Program-made: the position numbers and the translations under genes
Notes under the pieces: model-generated
What the model saw: only the letters and a program-made list of their open reading frames with translations
Databases searched by the model: none
Told to the model about the DNA's origin: nothing
Shown here: piece after piece, positions 25,426 through 34,743 of the stretch
Layout: every line of letters starts with the position of its first letter
How positions within the stretch are numbered: the first letter of the stretch is position 1
DNA from: a virus
Lineage: Duplodnaviria; Caudoviricetes
DNA: 37,021 bases
Reading direction: 5' to 3' (one strand)
Virus record (IMG/VR): IMGVR_UViG_3300035182_000650
Location: 1-37,021 of that record

Positions 25426-25629
25426 GTGCATGTTCCGCATCAGGTGCGGGGATTGGTCGAATACACCAATCTTCCCCGCACCATTGGGACAATCGTTTCG
25501 AGCAGACTTGCGACATTGCACGAACTCCAAACGGTTTATGGTCTGGCGGATTTGTGGGATATGTTGGAGATAAACGCCGTGGACACACATAACCAAAACA
25601 GGATGAGCGAGTATGCCAACAGTCATTGA
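25426..25629 (+). CDS. tail chaperone frameshift extension (gpT-like)
   Basis: In the -1 frame of the upstream gene and open back to the slippery site; ATL.EL.TVY.L.D..DMLE motif. Confidence 0.7.
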   Translation: MHVPHQVRGLVEYTNLPRTIGTIVSSRLATLHELQTVYGLADLWDMLEINAVDTHNQNRMSEYANSH

Positions 25630-27412
25630 TAGCCTGCTGATAACCCTTGGTTTCGATACGTCTGGGTTACGTCGTGGTCAGGCTGATGCTGGGCAATCGC
25701 TCGACAATCTCGACAAAGCCAGCGACAAGCATGCCAAGGCGCAAGCAGCGCGCGCCGAAGCGATGGCGGACGGCTTCAACAAGGTCAAAAACGAGATCGT
25801 CAGCATGGTTGCCGTGCTGGTCGGGGCGAACTCCATAAAAGGGTTCGTGGCTGATACGGTATCAGCTCAGGCGGCATTGGGCAGGATGGCGCTTAACCTT
25901 GGCACGTCAGGGCGAGAGCTGGACGCATGGGGTGCGGCGGTCGAATCGGCGGGTGGGAAGAAATCCGATTTCCAAGCATCAGCTCAGGCTATCGCTGGCA
26001 CTCTCGAAGAGATTAAAGCGACAGGCAACGCGCCCCCGGCATTTCTGGGCGCAATGAATGCGCTGAATGTCAGTATGTTGGATGCCAAGGGCAACATGCG
26101 TGATGTATCCGATATTATGGGGCAGATTAACAAGGGGCTGCAAAACCGGGCGCTGACCGAACAGGATAAAATGTACCTCGCCAACGCCTTAGGGCTGGAT
26201 GCAGGGACGTTCAACTTGTTGCGCCAATCCCCCGAAAAAGTTCAGTCTCTTGTCGATAAGATGCGTAACTTGTCCGGAGTGTCCGAGGAGGGCGCGAAAG
26301 TCACGGAACGGATGCAGGAAAAGTGGTCGGTGTTTAAACAATCGATTGACGGTCTGATGACAGGCGCGTTTATCAAAGTTGCGCCAGAACTTGACAAGAT
26401 AATGGACTCTTCGGAGAGTCTAGCGGATTCATGGATTGGAAAGTTAGTGCCAGTTATTAAAGATGGTGCGGAATGGCTTGGAAGGTTGGCTGATAAATTA
26501 ACGGCGGTCAGCGAAGCAACGGGCGCTGAGTCTCCTATCGACACTCGTGGTCAAGGGCTTTTTGATGACCCGCTGACCGTTGGGGAGCGAGCTAGTAACG
26601 CTTGGTTGGGGATCAAGCAATACTTCGGTTATTCCAAGGATGAAAAGCCTATCGCGCCCCCGCCATTTGTTCCGGCTCCGGCAGAACCGGCAGCACCACT
26701 TGGCAGCAAAGAAACGTGGGCAAAAAATCCCAACGCCAATGCGCTGTTTTCCTCGCTCGAAAAGCAGCGTGGGCTACCGTCTGGCTTACTGGATAGCGTT
26801 TGGCTACAAGAGTCTCAGCGCGGAAACCCTAAATTTATGCACAGCGGCGCAGGCGCTCAGGGGCATTTTCAATTCATGCCGGATACGGCCCAGGCTTACG
26901 GATTGAAAAACCCCAATGATCTGAGCGAATCCGCTGATGCTGCAAGCCGCTATTATGCCAAGCTCATCAAGATGTTTAAGGGCGACACATCGGCGGCGCT
27001 GGCTGGATACAATTGGGGAGAAGGCAACGTCCAAAAGGCAAAAGCTCGGTACGGCTCAGATTGGTTATCTCATGCCCCCGCCGAAACGCGTGGCTACGTG
27101 CGTGACATCACATCTAGGATGGGGGCCGGGTCTGTTTCTGGTGGCGGTACGTCAAGCATTTCAACAAAATCCAAGTACGGCTCAGATTGGCTATCTCATG
27201 CCCCCGCCGAAACGCGCGGTTATGTGCATGACATTACATCGCGCATGGGGTCAGGTGGCGCTAGTGCTGGCAACACATCCAGCGTATCCACCAACATCCA
27301 AAACATGACGATAAACACGCAAGCGACAACCGCAGACGTGATGTTCAAGGACATGAAAGCCGCGTTACAACGACAGGCAGCCGTATACTCACATGCGGCG
27401 GGGGCACAATAA
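25613..27412 (+). CDS. tape measure protein with C-terminal lytic transglycosylase (SLT) domain
   Basis: VIDSL.ITLG.D N-terminus, helical Ala-rich body, QES, GAQG.FQFMP.TA, ALAGYNWG.GNV, ETRGYV. Confidence 0.9.
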   Translation: MPTVIDSLLITLGFDTSGLRRGQADAGQSLDNLDKASDKHAKAQAARAEAMADGFNKVKNEIVSMVAVLVGANSIKGFVADTVSAQAALGRMALNLGTSGRELDAWGAAVESAGGKKSDFQASAQAIAGTLEEIKATGNAPPAFLGAMNALNVSMLDAKGNMRDVSDIMGQINKGLQNRALTEQDKMYLANALGLDAGTFNLLRQSPEKVQSLVDKMRNLSGVSEEGAKVTERMQEKWSVFKQSIDGLMTGAFIKVAPELDKIMDSSESLADSWIGKLVPVIKDGAEWLGRLADKLTAVSEATGAESPIDTRGQGLFDDPLTVGERASNAWLGIKQYFGYSKDEKPIAPPPFVPAPAEPAAPLGSKETWAKNPNANALFSSLEKQRGLPSGLLDSVWLQESQRGNPKFMHSGAGAQGHFQFMPDTAQAYGLKNPNDLSESADAASRYYAKLIKMFKGDTSAALAGYNWGEGNVQKAKARYGSDWLSHAPAETRGYVRDITSRMGAGSVSGGGTSSISTKSKYGSDWLSHAPAETRGYVHDITSRMGSGGASAGNTSSVSTNIQNMTINTQATTADVMFKDMKAALQRQAAVYSHAAGAQ

Positions 27413-28017
27413 TGTCACTGATACCGTTCCCAAATGTTCCAAAAGTTCCCGGCGTCCCCGATGTTCCACGCTCTATTACCAATGCCGTAACGGGCATTTA
27501 CCGTGCACTTGGCGGTGATTTGTTTGGCCTGATGGATTTATTCAGCTCGACCAAATGGCAGATATTGACCGCTGGCGGACAACCTGCATTAACGCCAGAT
27601 TCTGTGATTGGATTGGAATACAGAGGCGATGCAAAGATAGCCACTCACCCAGTGGAAAATGGCGGCTTTTCGGCATATAACAAAGTCGCAGTGCCGTCCG
27701 ACCTGCACATCGTTATGACCTGCGGCGGCATGGGGCAGATGACACGCGCAGGGTTTTTGATTGCGCTGGAATCTATGAAAGACAGTCTGCTGTTGTATTC
27801 CATCGTGACTCCCGATGCAACTTACCCTAGAATGAATCTCATTAATTACAGCTATCGGCGCACGGCAAAAAACGGAGTGAGCATGTTGACGGTTGAGGCG
27901 GGATTTCAGGAGGTCCGGGAGTCGGCAGTAGTTGGCTACTATTCCACCAAAACGCCAGCAGCTCAGGATACGCAGGGACGTGGTACTGTGCAAGCCACGG
28001 ATGTAAACGTCAAATGA
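27412..28017 (+). CDS. baseplate / tail-tube initiator (Dit-like) protein
   Basis: Follows the tape measure; PVE.G.F..YNKV..P, Y.IVTP..TY, F.EVR. Confidence 0.75.
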   Translation: MSLIPFPNVPKVPGVPDVPRSITNAVTGIYRALGGDLFGLMDLFSSTKWQILTAGGQPALTPDSVIGLEYRGDAKIATHPVENGGFSAYNKVAVPSDLHIVMTCGGMGQMTRAGFLIALESMKDSLLLYSIVTPDATYPRMNLINYSYRRTAKNGVSMLTVEAGFQEVRESAVVGYYSTKTPAAQDTQGRGTVQATDVNVK

Positions 28018-28319
28018 AAAGCATACCCCTACTGCCAATCGCATCACAGACGCTGTACACATCACTCGACCAGCAGTCGTGTGAAATATCCATTTATCAA
28101 AAAAGCACGGGTGTTTATTTGGACTTGTCTGTGGAAGGCGTGGCGGTAGCAACTGGAATTATTTGCCGTGACCGGGTGCGTATCATCCGTTACGGTGGCC
28201 TGTCGGGTGATTTGATGTTTGCCGATACACGAGGGAAAAGCGACCCACAACACACGGGGATGGGTAGTCGTTGGCTGCTGGTCTATCTATTGCCCGCCGA
28301 GGTGTCGCAATGGCTCTAA
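28014..28319 (+). CDS. baseplate protein
   Basis: IPL....SQ.....L..Q.C.I...QK..G.YLDL, G.L.F.DT.G..DP...G.G.RW.L.Y. Confidence 0.75.
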   Translation: MKSIPLLPIASQTLYTSLDQQSCEISIYQKSTGVYLDLSVEGVAVATGIICRDRVRIIRYGGLSGDLMFADTRGKSDPQHTGMGSRWLLVYLLPAEVSQWL

Positions 28320-29170
28320 TCGAGCGGGAAATCCGCGTTGTGTTGGCACTGGCATCTGGCGGGAAAAACTCCATACTATCGCTGTCAGGTCATCGGGTTG
28401 AAGCCATCGTCGATAATCCGGGCGGATTGCACGCAATGGACACGCTAAACCTACGCATTTTCGGTATGAAATTGGCGGATATGAACAACTTCTCCACGAA
28501 CACCTTACAAGCCCTGAGCATTCGCGGTGATTCTGTCACGGTGCTAGCTGGCAATATTGGGGGCGCGATATGGCAGGTATTCGAGGGGACAATCATAAAA
28601 GCTTACACCGATTTTTCATCATCCCCCGACAGTAGCTTCAACATTTTTGCACAATCAGGCTACCGGAATAGGGCGCAACCCATCGCCCCCTCGTCCTATT
28701 CCGGATCCATCCCAGTGGCGGATGCGATCAAATCCATCGCTGTGGGCATGGGCTACACGTTTGTCAATAACGGCGTGACGGCTAGGCTCTCCAATCAATA
28801 CGCCCCCGGCAGTGCTATGCAGCAAATACAACGGCTAGCGCAGGCTGCTGGCATCGCCTACAGCGTCAGCAATAAGACGGTGAGCATCTGGCCTAATGGC
28901 GCAGCGCGTAATGATACGCCCATCATCCTGAGTGCCGATACAGGGATGATTGGATACCCGTCATTTACCCCGGCAGGCATTGAGGTAACAGCAGAGTTTG
29001 ACGTTAACCTGTCATACGGCGCAATGGTTGACCTGAGATCAATCGTCGGCAATGCAACAGGAAAATGGTTTTGTCTGGCAGCACGCCACGAACTATCAGC
29101 ACAAATGCCCGGTGGAATGTGGCAGTCATCGCTAAAACTTAACAGGTCGCTTTATGCCCCAAGAGCTTAA
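28310..29170 (+). CDS. baseplate hub protein
   Basis: Position; L.I.G....M, F.G.I..A..D, GMIGYP, G.W.....H.L...PGG.W. Confidence 0.75.
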   Translation: MALIEREIRVVLALASGGKNSILSLSGHRVEAIVDNPGGLHAMDTLNLRIFGMKLADMNNFSTNTLQALSIRGDSVTVLAGNIGGAIWQVFEGTIIKAYTDFSSSPDSSFNIFAQSGYRNRAQPIAPSSYSGSIPVADAIKSIAVGMGYTFVNNGVTARLSNQYAPGSAMQQIQRLAQAAGIAYSVSNKTVSIWPNGAARNDTPIILSADTGMIGYPSFTPAGIEVTAEFDVNLSYGAMVDLRSIVGNATGKWFCLAARHELSAQMPGGMWQSSLKLNRSLYAPRA

Positions 29171-29774
29171 TACAAACCTCACACCCAGTGACCTGACCAG
29201 CCCACAGAATGAGATGCAGTTTATTATGCGGTCACTGCTGGGCGATGTGCGCACATCCATGCCCGTCAAAGTAACCAAGGTCACAAACACAGGCAATGTG
29301 GCGGAAATCGGTCGGGTAGACATCGTGCCGTTAGTGGGGCAGCTTGACGGCGACGGGCAGCTTATCCCGCATGGCGCTATTTACGACGTGCCGTACCTGC
29401 GGCTGCAATGCGGTGGCAATGCGATCATCATTGACCCGGTAGTAGGCGACATTGGTATCGCCCTGTTTTGTGACCGCGATATATCCGTGGTTAAAGCATC
29501 AAAAGCTGGGGCGCACCCCGGAAGCTTGCGCAGGCACGATATGAGTGATGCGGTATATCTGGGGGCTATACTCTCAAGCGCCCCAACTCAGTATATCCGG
29601 TTTAGCGCCAGCGGAATTGATATTGCAGCGCAAACAATCAACATTATCGGTAATACGTACATTACTGGGAGCGAGACAGTCAGCAACACATTGACAGTGG
29701 CAGGAAAAAGCATCAACGCCCACACCCACGGCGGGGTGCTGCCCGGCGGCGGTACATCGGGAGGAATGTCATGA
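29154..29774 (+). CDS. baseplate central spike (gp138/gpV-like)
   Basis: VPY.RLQ.G..A.IIDP.VGDIG...FCDRD, R.HD.SDA, C-terminal HTH.GV..G metal-binding tip. Confidence 0.85.
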   Translation: MPQELNTNLTPSDLTSPQNEMQFIMRSLLGDVRTSMPVKVTKVTNTGNVAEIGRVDIVPLVGQLDGDGQLIPHGAIYDVPYLRLQCGGNAIIIDPVVGDIGIALFCDRDISVVKASKAGAHPGSLRRHDMSDAVYLGAILSSAPTQYIRFSASGIDIAAQTINIIGNTYITGSETVSNTLTVAGKSINAHTHGGVLPGGGTSGGMS

Positions 29775-30088
29775 AAACACTGCTACTCGACCGAGACGCA
29801 TGGGATCTAGTGCTGGATTCGTCGGGAAATATTGCCATGGCGGACAACCCATATGCAATTGCTCAAAACGTCTCAAGTGCCTGCCGCACTTTCTCGGGTG
29901 AGTGCTGGTACAATACCGCCATCGGCGTGCCGTATTGGGACATACTAGGGCAATTGCCACCTCGCCAGTTTGTTAAATCGGCGCTTGATAATGAGGCGTT
30001 ACGTGTTCCAGACGTGGGTATGGTCGAGTTCGACGACCTGCACGTCGTGAATAGACAACTGATTGATTTAGGAGTGTCGTTTAAATGA
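29771..30088 (+). CDS. baseplate wedge protein (gp25/gp46-like)
   Basis: WDL.LD..GNIA, AQ.V..A.RTF.GE.WY....GVPY. Confidence 0.75.
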   Translation: MKTLLLDRDAWDLVLDSSGNIAMADNPYAIAQNVSSACRTFSGECWYNTAIGVPYWDILGQLPPRQFVKSALDNEALRVPDVGMVEFDDLHVVNRQLIDLGVSFK

Positions 30089-31302
30089 CGATTGCCACCA
30101 CAGTGCCACCGTTAACATTTACAGCCACGGGCATTGTTTTGCCCCAAGAGTCGGCCGTCCTTGACGGCGTGCTGACTGACATTGACACCGCATTTGGTGG
30201 CGGTCTGGACAAGTCGCTGACCACACCGCAGGGTCAGCTTGCCCAATCCATGACCGCCATCATAGGAGACGCAAACGACCAGATTATGCACGCGATTAAC
30301 TGCCTAGACCCCAATACGGCGGACGGGCGCTATCAGGATGCAATCGGGCAGATTTATTTTCTGACTCGCATCGTTGGAACGGGTACGGTGGTTACTGTTA
30401 CCTGCGTTGGTGCGGTCGGCACGGTCATTCCTACGGGGTCTATCGTGCTAGATTCGGTGGGGTACAAATACTACGCCACAGGCTCAGGCACTATCGGCGC
30501 GGGCGGGTGGGTTAAACTCCAATTCCAGAATGGCGAATACGGCGCCATACCCTGCCCCGTCAATGCCATTACAACAATCTACACGCCTGTACTTGGCTGG
30601 GAATCCGTCAGCAATACTAGTTTGGGCATTGTCGGCCGGCTGGCGGAATCCCGTTCTGAATTCGAGGCTCGGCGCAAACTGTCAGTTGGGAAAAACTCAA
30701 TAAACGCGCTCAACTCGATTTATGCTGCGCTGCTAGAAGTGCCCGGCGTAACTGATGCGTATGTGACCGATAACCCCACGGCTGCTGCGGTTGCCACGGG
30801 TGCAACATCCTACTCAATACCCGCTTACAGCCTGTTTGTGTGCGTGTCCGGCGGGTTAGCGGCTGATGTCGCCAAAGCAATATGGGATAACAAACCGCCC
30901 GGTTGCCCAATGACGGGCAGCACCACTTACACCATTACTGATGACAACTACAGCACCCCTGCGCCTACGTACCTTATCAAGTGGGTAACGCCAGCCGCCC
31001 AGCCGATCACGTTTGAGATAAGCATAAAAGCAAATTCAGGGCTGCCGTCTAACATTTTGCAGCTTGTCAACAATGCAGTTCTGGAGGCATTCGCCGGGCA
31101 AGACGGCGGCGAGCGGGAGCGCATTAGCAAGACCGTTTACGCCGGACGCTATTATCAGGGCATCTACGCCATCAGCCCATTGGTGCAAATCCTGACACTG
31201 GGGGTGGGTTTCGCCCCCGGCAGTACTGCGACGGCACGTACTATCGGGATTGACCAAATCCCAGTAGTTTCCGACTTTAACATTCTGGTCACGGTCGTAT
31301 GA
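30085..31302 (+). CDS. baseplate J / gp47 family protein
   Basis: TPQGQLA, DP..A.GR.QDAIG, G...ESR.EFE.RR, V.GV.DAYV.DN, A.AIW..KP.G. Confidence 0.9.
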   Translation: MTIATTVPPLTFTATGIVLPQESAVLDGVLTDIDTAFGGGLDKSLTTPQGQLAQSMTAIIGDANDQIMHAINCLDPNTADGRYQDAIGQIYFLTRIVGTGTVVTVTCVGAVGTVIPTGSIVLDSVGYKYYATGSGTIGAGGWVKLQFQNGEYGAIPCPVNAITTIYTPVLGWESVSNTSLGIVGRLAESRSEFEARRKLSVGKNSINALNSIYAALLEVPGVTDAYVTDNPTAAAVATGATSYSIPAYSLFVCVSGGLAADVAKAIWDNKPPGCPMTGSTTYTITDDNYSTPAPTYLIKWVTPAAQPITFEISIKANSGLPSNILQLVNNAVLEAFAGQDGGERERISKTVYAGRYYQGIYAISPLVQILTLGVGFAPGSTATARTIGIDQIPVVSDFNILVTVV

Positions 31303-31835
31303 TTAATTACCGTGACACCCTGTTAGCCCAATACGCTAACAGCCCAACCCTCACTGCGCTCGTTGATTACGCAGACCAATGGTTTTCACCAGATGACACA
31401 CTCAATGCACTGTACGATAACGTGATAAATGTCATGACAGCGCAGGGGTTCGGTCTGGACATTTGGGGGCGTATCGTCGGGATTGAACGCGAACTCGATA
31501 TTCCCGTTCCCGGTGGGTTTTTCGGCTGGAACGATTTGGGGTTTGGTCAGGGCGTGTTTTATTCCGGCGTGTCTTCCACGACGATGTTTAGCCTGTCAGA
31601 CGATGCGTACCGCCGTGTGATACTGGCAAAGGCTGCTGCAAATATCAGCCCCGGCACAGTGCCCAGCATCAACGGCATCCTGCGTATATTATTTGGTGAG
31701 CGCGTTTGGTGTCAGGACAACTATAATATGACCATGACCATTGTCAGTAATGGAACGATGGACGTAACAAATATAGCGATTCTTAATGCTGGCATCATCC
31801 CGCGCCCTATTGGCGTAAAACTAATTGTAACTTGA
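31299..31835 (+). CDS. baseplate protein (DUF2612 family)
   Basis: QYANSP, TA.GFGLDIWGRIVG..R, L.DDAYR..I.AKA..NI, PRP.GV. Confidence 0.88.
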   Translation: MINYRDTLLAQYANSPTLTALVDYADQWFSPDDTLNALYDNVINVMTAQGFGLDIWGRIVGIERELDIPVPGGFFGWNDLGFGQGVFYSGVSSTTMFSLSDDAYRRVILAKAAANISPGTVPSINGILRILFGERVWCQDNYNMTMTIVSNGTMDVTNIAILNAGIIPRPIGVKLIVT

Positions 31836-31842
31836 GAAAATT

Positions 31843-32553
31843 ATGTTATTGAGCAACGTACCCGCATTTTTGACAAAACTATGGAATTCGACGGGCGTCA
31901 ACCGCCGCACAATCCCTGTTGCGTCATCACCGACCCCCGGTCAGGCATCGTATACCGATGGGTTTCCGCCCATCACGTTTTTATCCCCCGGTGCGGGCGG
32001 CATCAATGTTTCAGGTCAGGATTTTCAGGGCATCATTTACGACATCACGCAGCGCGAGCAGTGGGCGCAAGCGGGGTGCGGGTATCCCTATAGTGCCACG
32101 TTTAGCGCGGCAATCGGAGGGTACCCGAAAGGGGCAACTATCCCCAAGGCGGGCGGTATTGGCTGGTGGAAAAACACCGTGGACGGAAACACCTCCAACC
32201 CGGATACGGGTGGCGCTTTTTGGGATAGCATGGTCGATGACACGACAATGAAAAGCGGTTACGCATCAAGCCAAGCAGTAAACGGCTACATCAAGCTGCC
32301 GACGTGGCTGGGAGGCTGGACTGTGCAATGGACATCCATCTCCGTTGCCGTTACAGCGAATACGCCGGCGTTTTATACATGGACGTTTCCAATAACGTTC
32401 CCAACTGTGTGCCTATTCGGTATCGCGGGTGCTGGCAACTACGTTACATCATCGTGGACAGTTGAGAGTATTTCCGCGAATCAGCTAAGTGGCTATTGCC
32501 AGCACAGTGCATCCCTCACGCTAATCGGCCGGATTTTTGCCATAGGAAGGTGA
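31843..32553 (+). CDS. short tail fibre protein
   Basis: N-terminal AS...GFPPIT.....GG....G.D..G..Y and FSAAIGGYPKGA anchor; C-terminal NGYIKLP..G..VQW...TFPI.FP domain. Confidence 0.8.
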   Translation: MLLSNVPAFLTKLWNSTGVNRRTIPVASSPTPGQASYTDGFPPITFLSPGAGGINVSGQDFQGIIYDITQREQWAQAGCGYPYSATFSAAIGGYPKGATIPKAGGIGWWKNTVDGNTSNPDTGGAFWDSMVDDTTMKSGYASSQAVNGYIKLPTWLGGWTVQWTSISVAVTANTPAFYTWTFPITFPTVCLFGIAGAGNYVTSSWTVESISANQLSGYCQHSASLTLIGRIFAIGR

Positions 32554-32615
32554 TATGAAAACACACACAACGGATTATTTATTTAAATCATCAATCATAA
32601 TTTGGAGAATTAATC

Positions 32616-32882
32616 ATGGCAGTTAATACGTTGATTAATCAGGTTATTTCAGGGACAGGGTGGACATCTGTCGTAAATAATACCACCGGCTGGAGTGCCA
32701 CACTTATTAGCGGTGCGTGTTTAATCGCGGTTGGTGATGTATCCCCATTACCTGATGATAGTATAGGCATAATGCTAACAGCCAACGGCTATAGAGATAC
32801 ATTTATAAGCAACTCGGGTGGTAATCTTTGGTGTAAATCCATTGACTCACAAGGGGCTATTATTTCAGTAACGACGTGGTAG
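32616..32882 (+). CDS. hypothetical beta-rich protein (fibre-associated)
   Basis: 88 aa with GGAG RBS, in the AT-richer block after the fibre gene. Confidence 0.65.
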   Translation: MAVNTLINQVISGTGWTSVVNNTTGWSATLISGACLIAVGDVSPLPDDSIGIMLTANGYRDTFISNSGGNLWCKSIDSQGAIISVTTW

Positions 32883-32891
32883 GATTAAAGT

Positions 32892-33980
32892 ATGGATAAT
32901 GCAATTATTGTTGGTACATCCGCTTGTGCTGCGTCAAATCCAAACAATTGGCTAACTCCCCCGGTCATCACTGATACCACTATGAATGGTCTAACAGATG
33001 CTTGCGGCATGTTTTGCAACGTGCTTGACATCGGGGATCGTAATTATTTTAGTTGTGTAGCGTCTGGTAGTTATACTGTTAGTGTGTACACGTCAGTGGG
33101 CGGCATACTAATCAGTAGTCAAAATATTGCATCAAATGTGCAATGCAACTGGCAAATTGATTGGGCATCTTGTACGCACAATATTGATGCTTATACACGT
33201 CAGGCATATGTAGAGATTACTCCACAAGCCGGACAATCTCTTACATCTCTGCTGTTTTCCACTAATAACCCAGCAGAAACCAATGCAAATAGCTCAGTAT
33301 ATCTTGTTGGTTTGTTTTATAGACTACCTTCAATGACCAATGCGGCAAATATGAACAGTGCTAATTATGCATTGCAGTCAGTTACACACGGCAATTACCC
33401 TGCAATGATCAATGCGATAAATATGCACAATGCTAATTATGCATTGCAGTCAGTTACACACGGCAATTACCCTTCAATGACCAATGCGACAAATATGCAC
33501 AATGCTAATTATGCATTGCAGTCAGTTACACACGGCAATTACCCTGCAATGACTAATGCGACAGCAATGCACTATGCTAATTATGCATTTCTGTCAGTTA
33601 CACACGGCAATTACCCTGCAATGACCAATGCGACAAATATGCACTATGCTAATTTTGCATTGCAGTCATGCTATTTTGGTGGGTTGTCTGCGCTGACCAA
33701 TGCAACAGGTATGTTCGGCACGACAACCGAAGCTACTTGCTGTAGATCGCTGCGAAAGTTGATCACAAATGGTTTGGGGACAGCTTTCCCAAATGCAACA
33801 ACCTTCGTTTTGCGATACACCGCAATTCAAGAGACTGAAGCGTTGGCATGGGTGACGAGCTTAGGTACTAGCGCAAATACAATTACTTTTGATTTGCGTA
33901 ACAATCCATTTAGTACGTCTACTTTAGTAGCACCTGCTATTTTGGCTGATTTTCCCAACTCAACAGTAACCCTAGTTTAA
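32892..33980 (+). CDS. repeat (solenoid, BspA/DUF285-like) protein, putative receptor-binding or adhesin
   Basis: About 4.75 copies of a 24-aa repeat P(S/A)MTNATNMHxANYALQSVTHGNY, followed by an LRR-like cap (FDLRNNP). Confidence 0.65.
   Translation: MDNAIIVGTSACAASNPNNWLTPPVITDTTMNGLTDACGMFCNVLDIGDRNYFSCVASGSYTVSVYTSVGGILISSQNIASNVQCNWQIDWASCTHNIDAYTRQAYVEITPQAGQSLTSLLFSTNNPAETNANSSVYLVGLFYRLPSMTNAANMNSANYALQSVTHGNYPAMINAINMHNANYALQSVTHGNYPSMTNATNMHNANYALQSVTHGNYPAMTNATAMHYANYAFLSVTHGNYPAMTNATNMHYANFALQSCYFGGLSALTNATGMFGTTTEATCCRSLRKLITNGLGTAFPNATTFVLRYTAIQETEALAWVTSLGTSANTITFDLRNNPFSTSTLVAPAILADFPNSTVTLV
33327..33668. repeat. 72-bp coding tandem repeat (~4.75 copies)
   Basis: GTTACACACGGCAATTACCC recurs at 33381, 33453, 33525, 33597. 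Confidence 0.9.
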
Positions 33981-33991
33981 GGGGGTGGTAT

Positions 33992-34228
33992 ATGTGGTGT
34001 AAACAAAACGATGATACAAGCTGGATGATTTGCGAAGAATTTTGGACAGTTATCGACAGCAAAGTAACATTAGTTGATAAGGATTTTGACAAAAGCAAAA
34101 CCCCGCATGGGTTTAAATGGGAGTCAGATGCGGACGTAATCAACGGGTATTTAGCGCATAACGCTGATTTAATCGCTGCGGAATTGGCGGAATTGGAGTT
34201 TTTTGACTATGGAAGCAACGGCGCGTAA
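33992..34228 (+). CDS. small acidic protein (possible fibre chaperone)
   Basis: 78 aa, GGGGG RBS, last gene of the late operon. Confidence 0.6.
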   Translation: MWCKQNDDTSWMICEEFWTVIDSKVTLVDKDFDKSKTPHGFKWESDADVINGYLAHNADLIAAELAELEFFDYGSNGA

Positions 34229-34238
34229 ATGTTACTAA

Positions 34239-34400
34239 TCACCGTTCATACTCCGTGCACTTAACAATTTTCACGCCTGTTTTTTTATCCGTCTCGATAA
34301 CTGGCATTTCGGCAAATTTTAGGTGTGAGCAGTTCCGAAAAAAATGCACGCAGCTTGCGCACATTCTGCCTTTTGGTTGGTAGGTTGTTGGCTGGCTCAT
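34239..34400 (-). CDS. small Cys-rich phage protein (53 aa)
   Basis: MSQPTTYQPKGRMCASCVHFFRNCSHLKFAEMPVIE...IVKCTEYER; AGGAG RBS and TATAAT box upstream. Translated by hand. Confidence 0.7.
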   Translation of the reverse strand: MSQPTTYQPKGRMCASCVHFFRNCSHLKFAEMPVIETDKKTGVKIVKCTEYER

Positions 34401-34462
34401 GGCTTAAACTCCTGTGCATAATTCCGTGCTCGTCCATTATACATCATCCTTTTGCAATCAGG

Positions 34463-34665
34463 TTGACATCCTCCCCGCCCTAAAGGACGGGGATTCCTCC
34501 TGCGAGACGGCTATGCCCAGCCGCGAGAATGTTGCGTGCTGCATTGACATCTCTGTCGTGCAGCGTGCCACAGTCGGCACACATCCATTCCCTTATTCCA
34601 AGCCCTGCCCTACCTTTCGGACTGTCGACGGAAATGCTCCCGCAACACGAACAAGCTTGGGTACT
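34463..34665 (-). mobile_element. tnpB: IS200/IS605-family remnant: tnpB 3' end plus right end
   Basis: STQACSCCG...REWMCADCGTLHDRDVNAARNIL is the TnpB Zn finger and RuvC-III. It is followed by the right-end hairpin CCCCGTCCTTTAGGGCGGGG and terminal GGATGTCAA. The 5' part of tnpB and the left end are missing. Confidence 0.88.
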
Positions 34666-34681
34666 GATGTGCATTTTCTTG

Positions 34682-34715
34682 TTGCATCAATGGAAAATAG
34701 TGCGTAATATGCACT
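34682..34715 (+). promoter_or_regulatory. promoter with inverted repeat over the -10 box
   Basis: TTGCAT-17bp-TAATAT; AGTGC (34699-34703) and GCACT (34711-34715) flank the -10. Confidence 0.65.
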
Positions 34716-34743
34716 TATCGACAACACAACAGGAGACCAAAAA

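Noticed and set aside
27049-27250. Diversity-generating retroelement TR/VR pair
   Set aside because: Differences between the copies are not adenine-specific, both copies lie in one ORF, and no reverse transcriptase is present.
33327-33668. CRISPR array or DGR in the 72-bp repeats
   Set aside because: The repeats are contiguous, in frame and coding, with no unique spacers.
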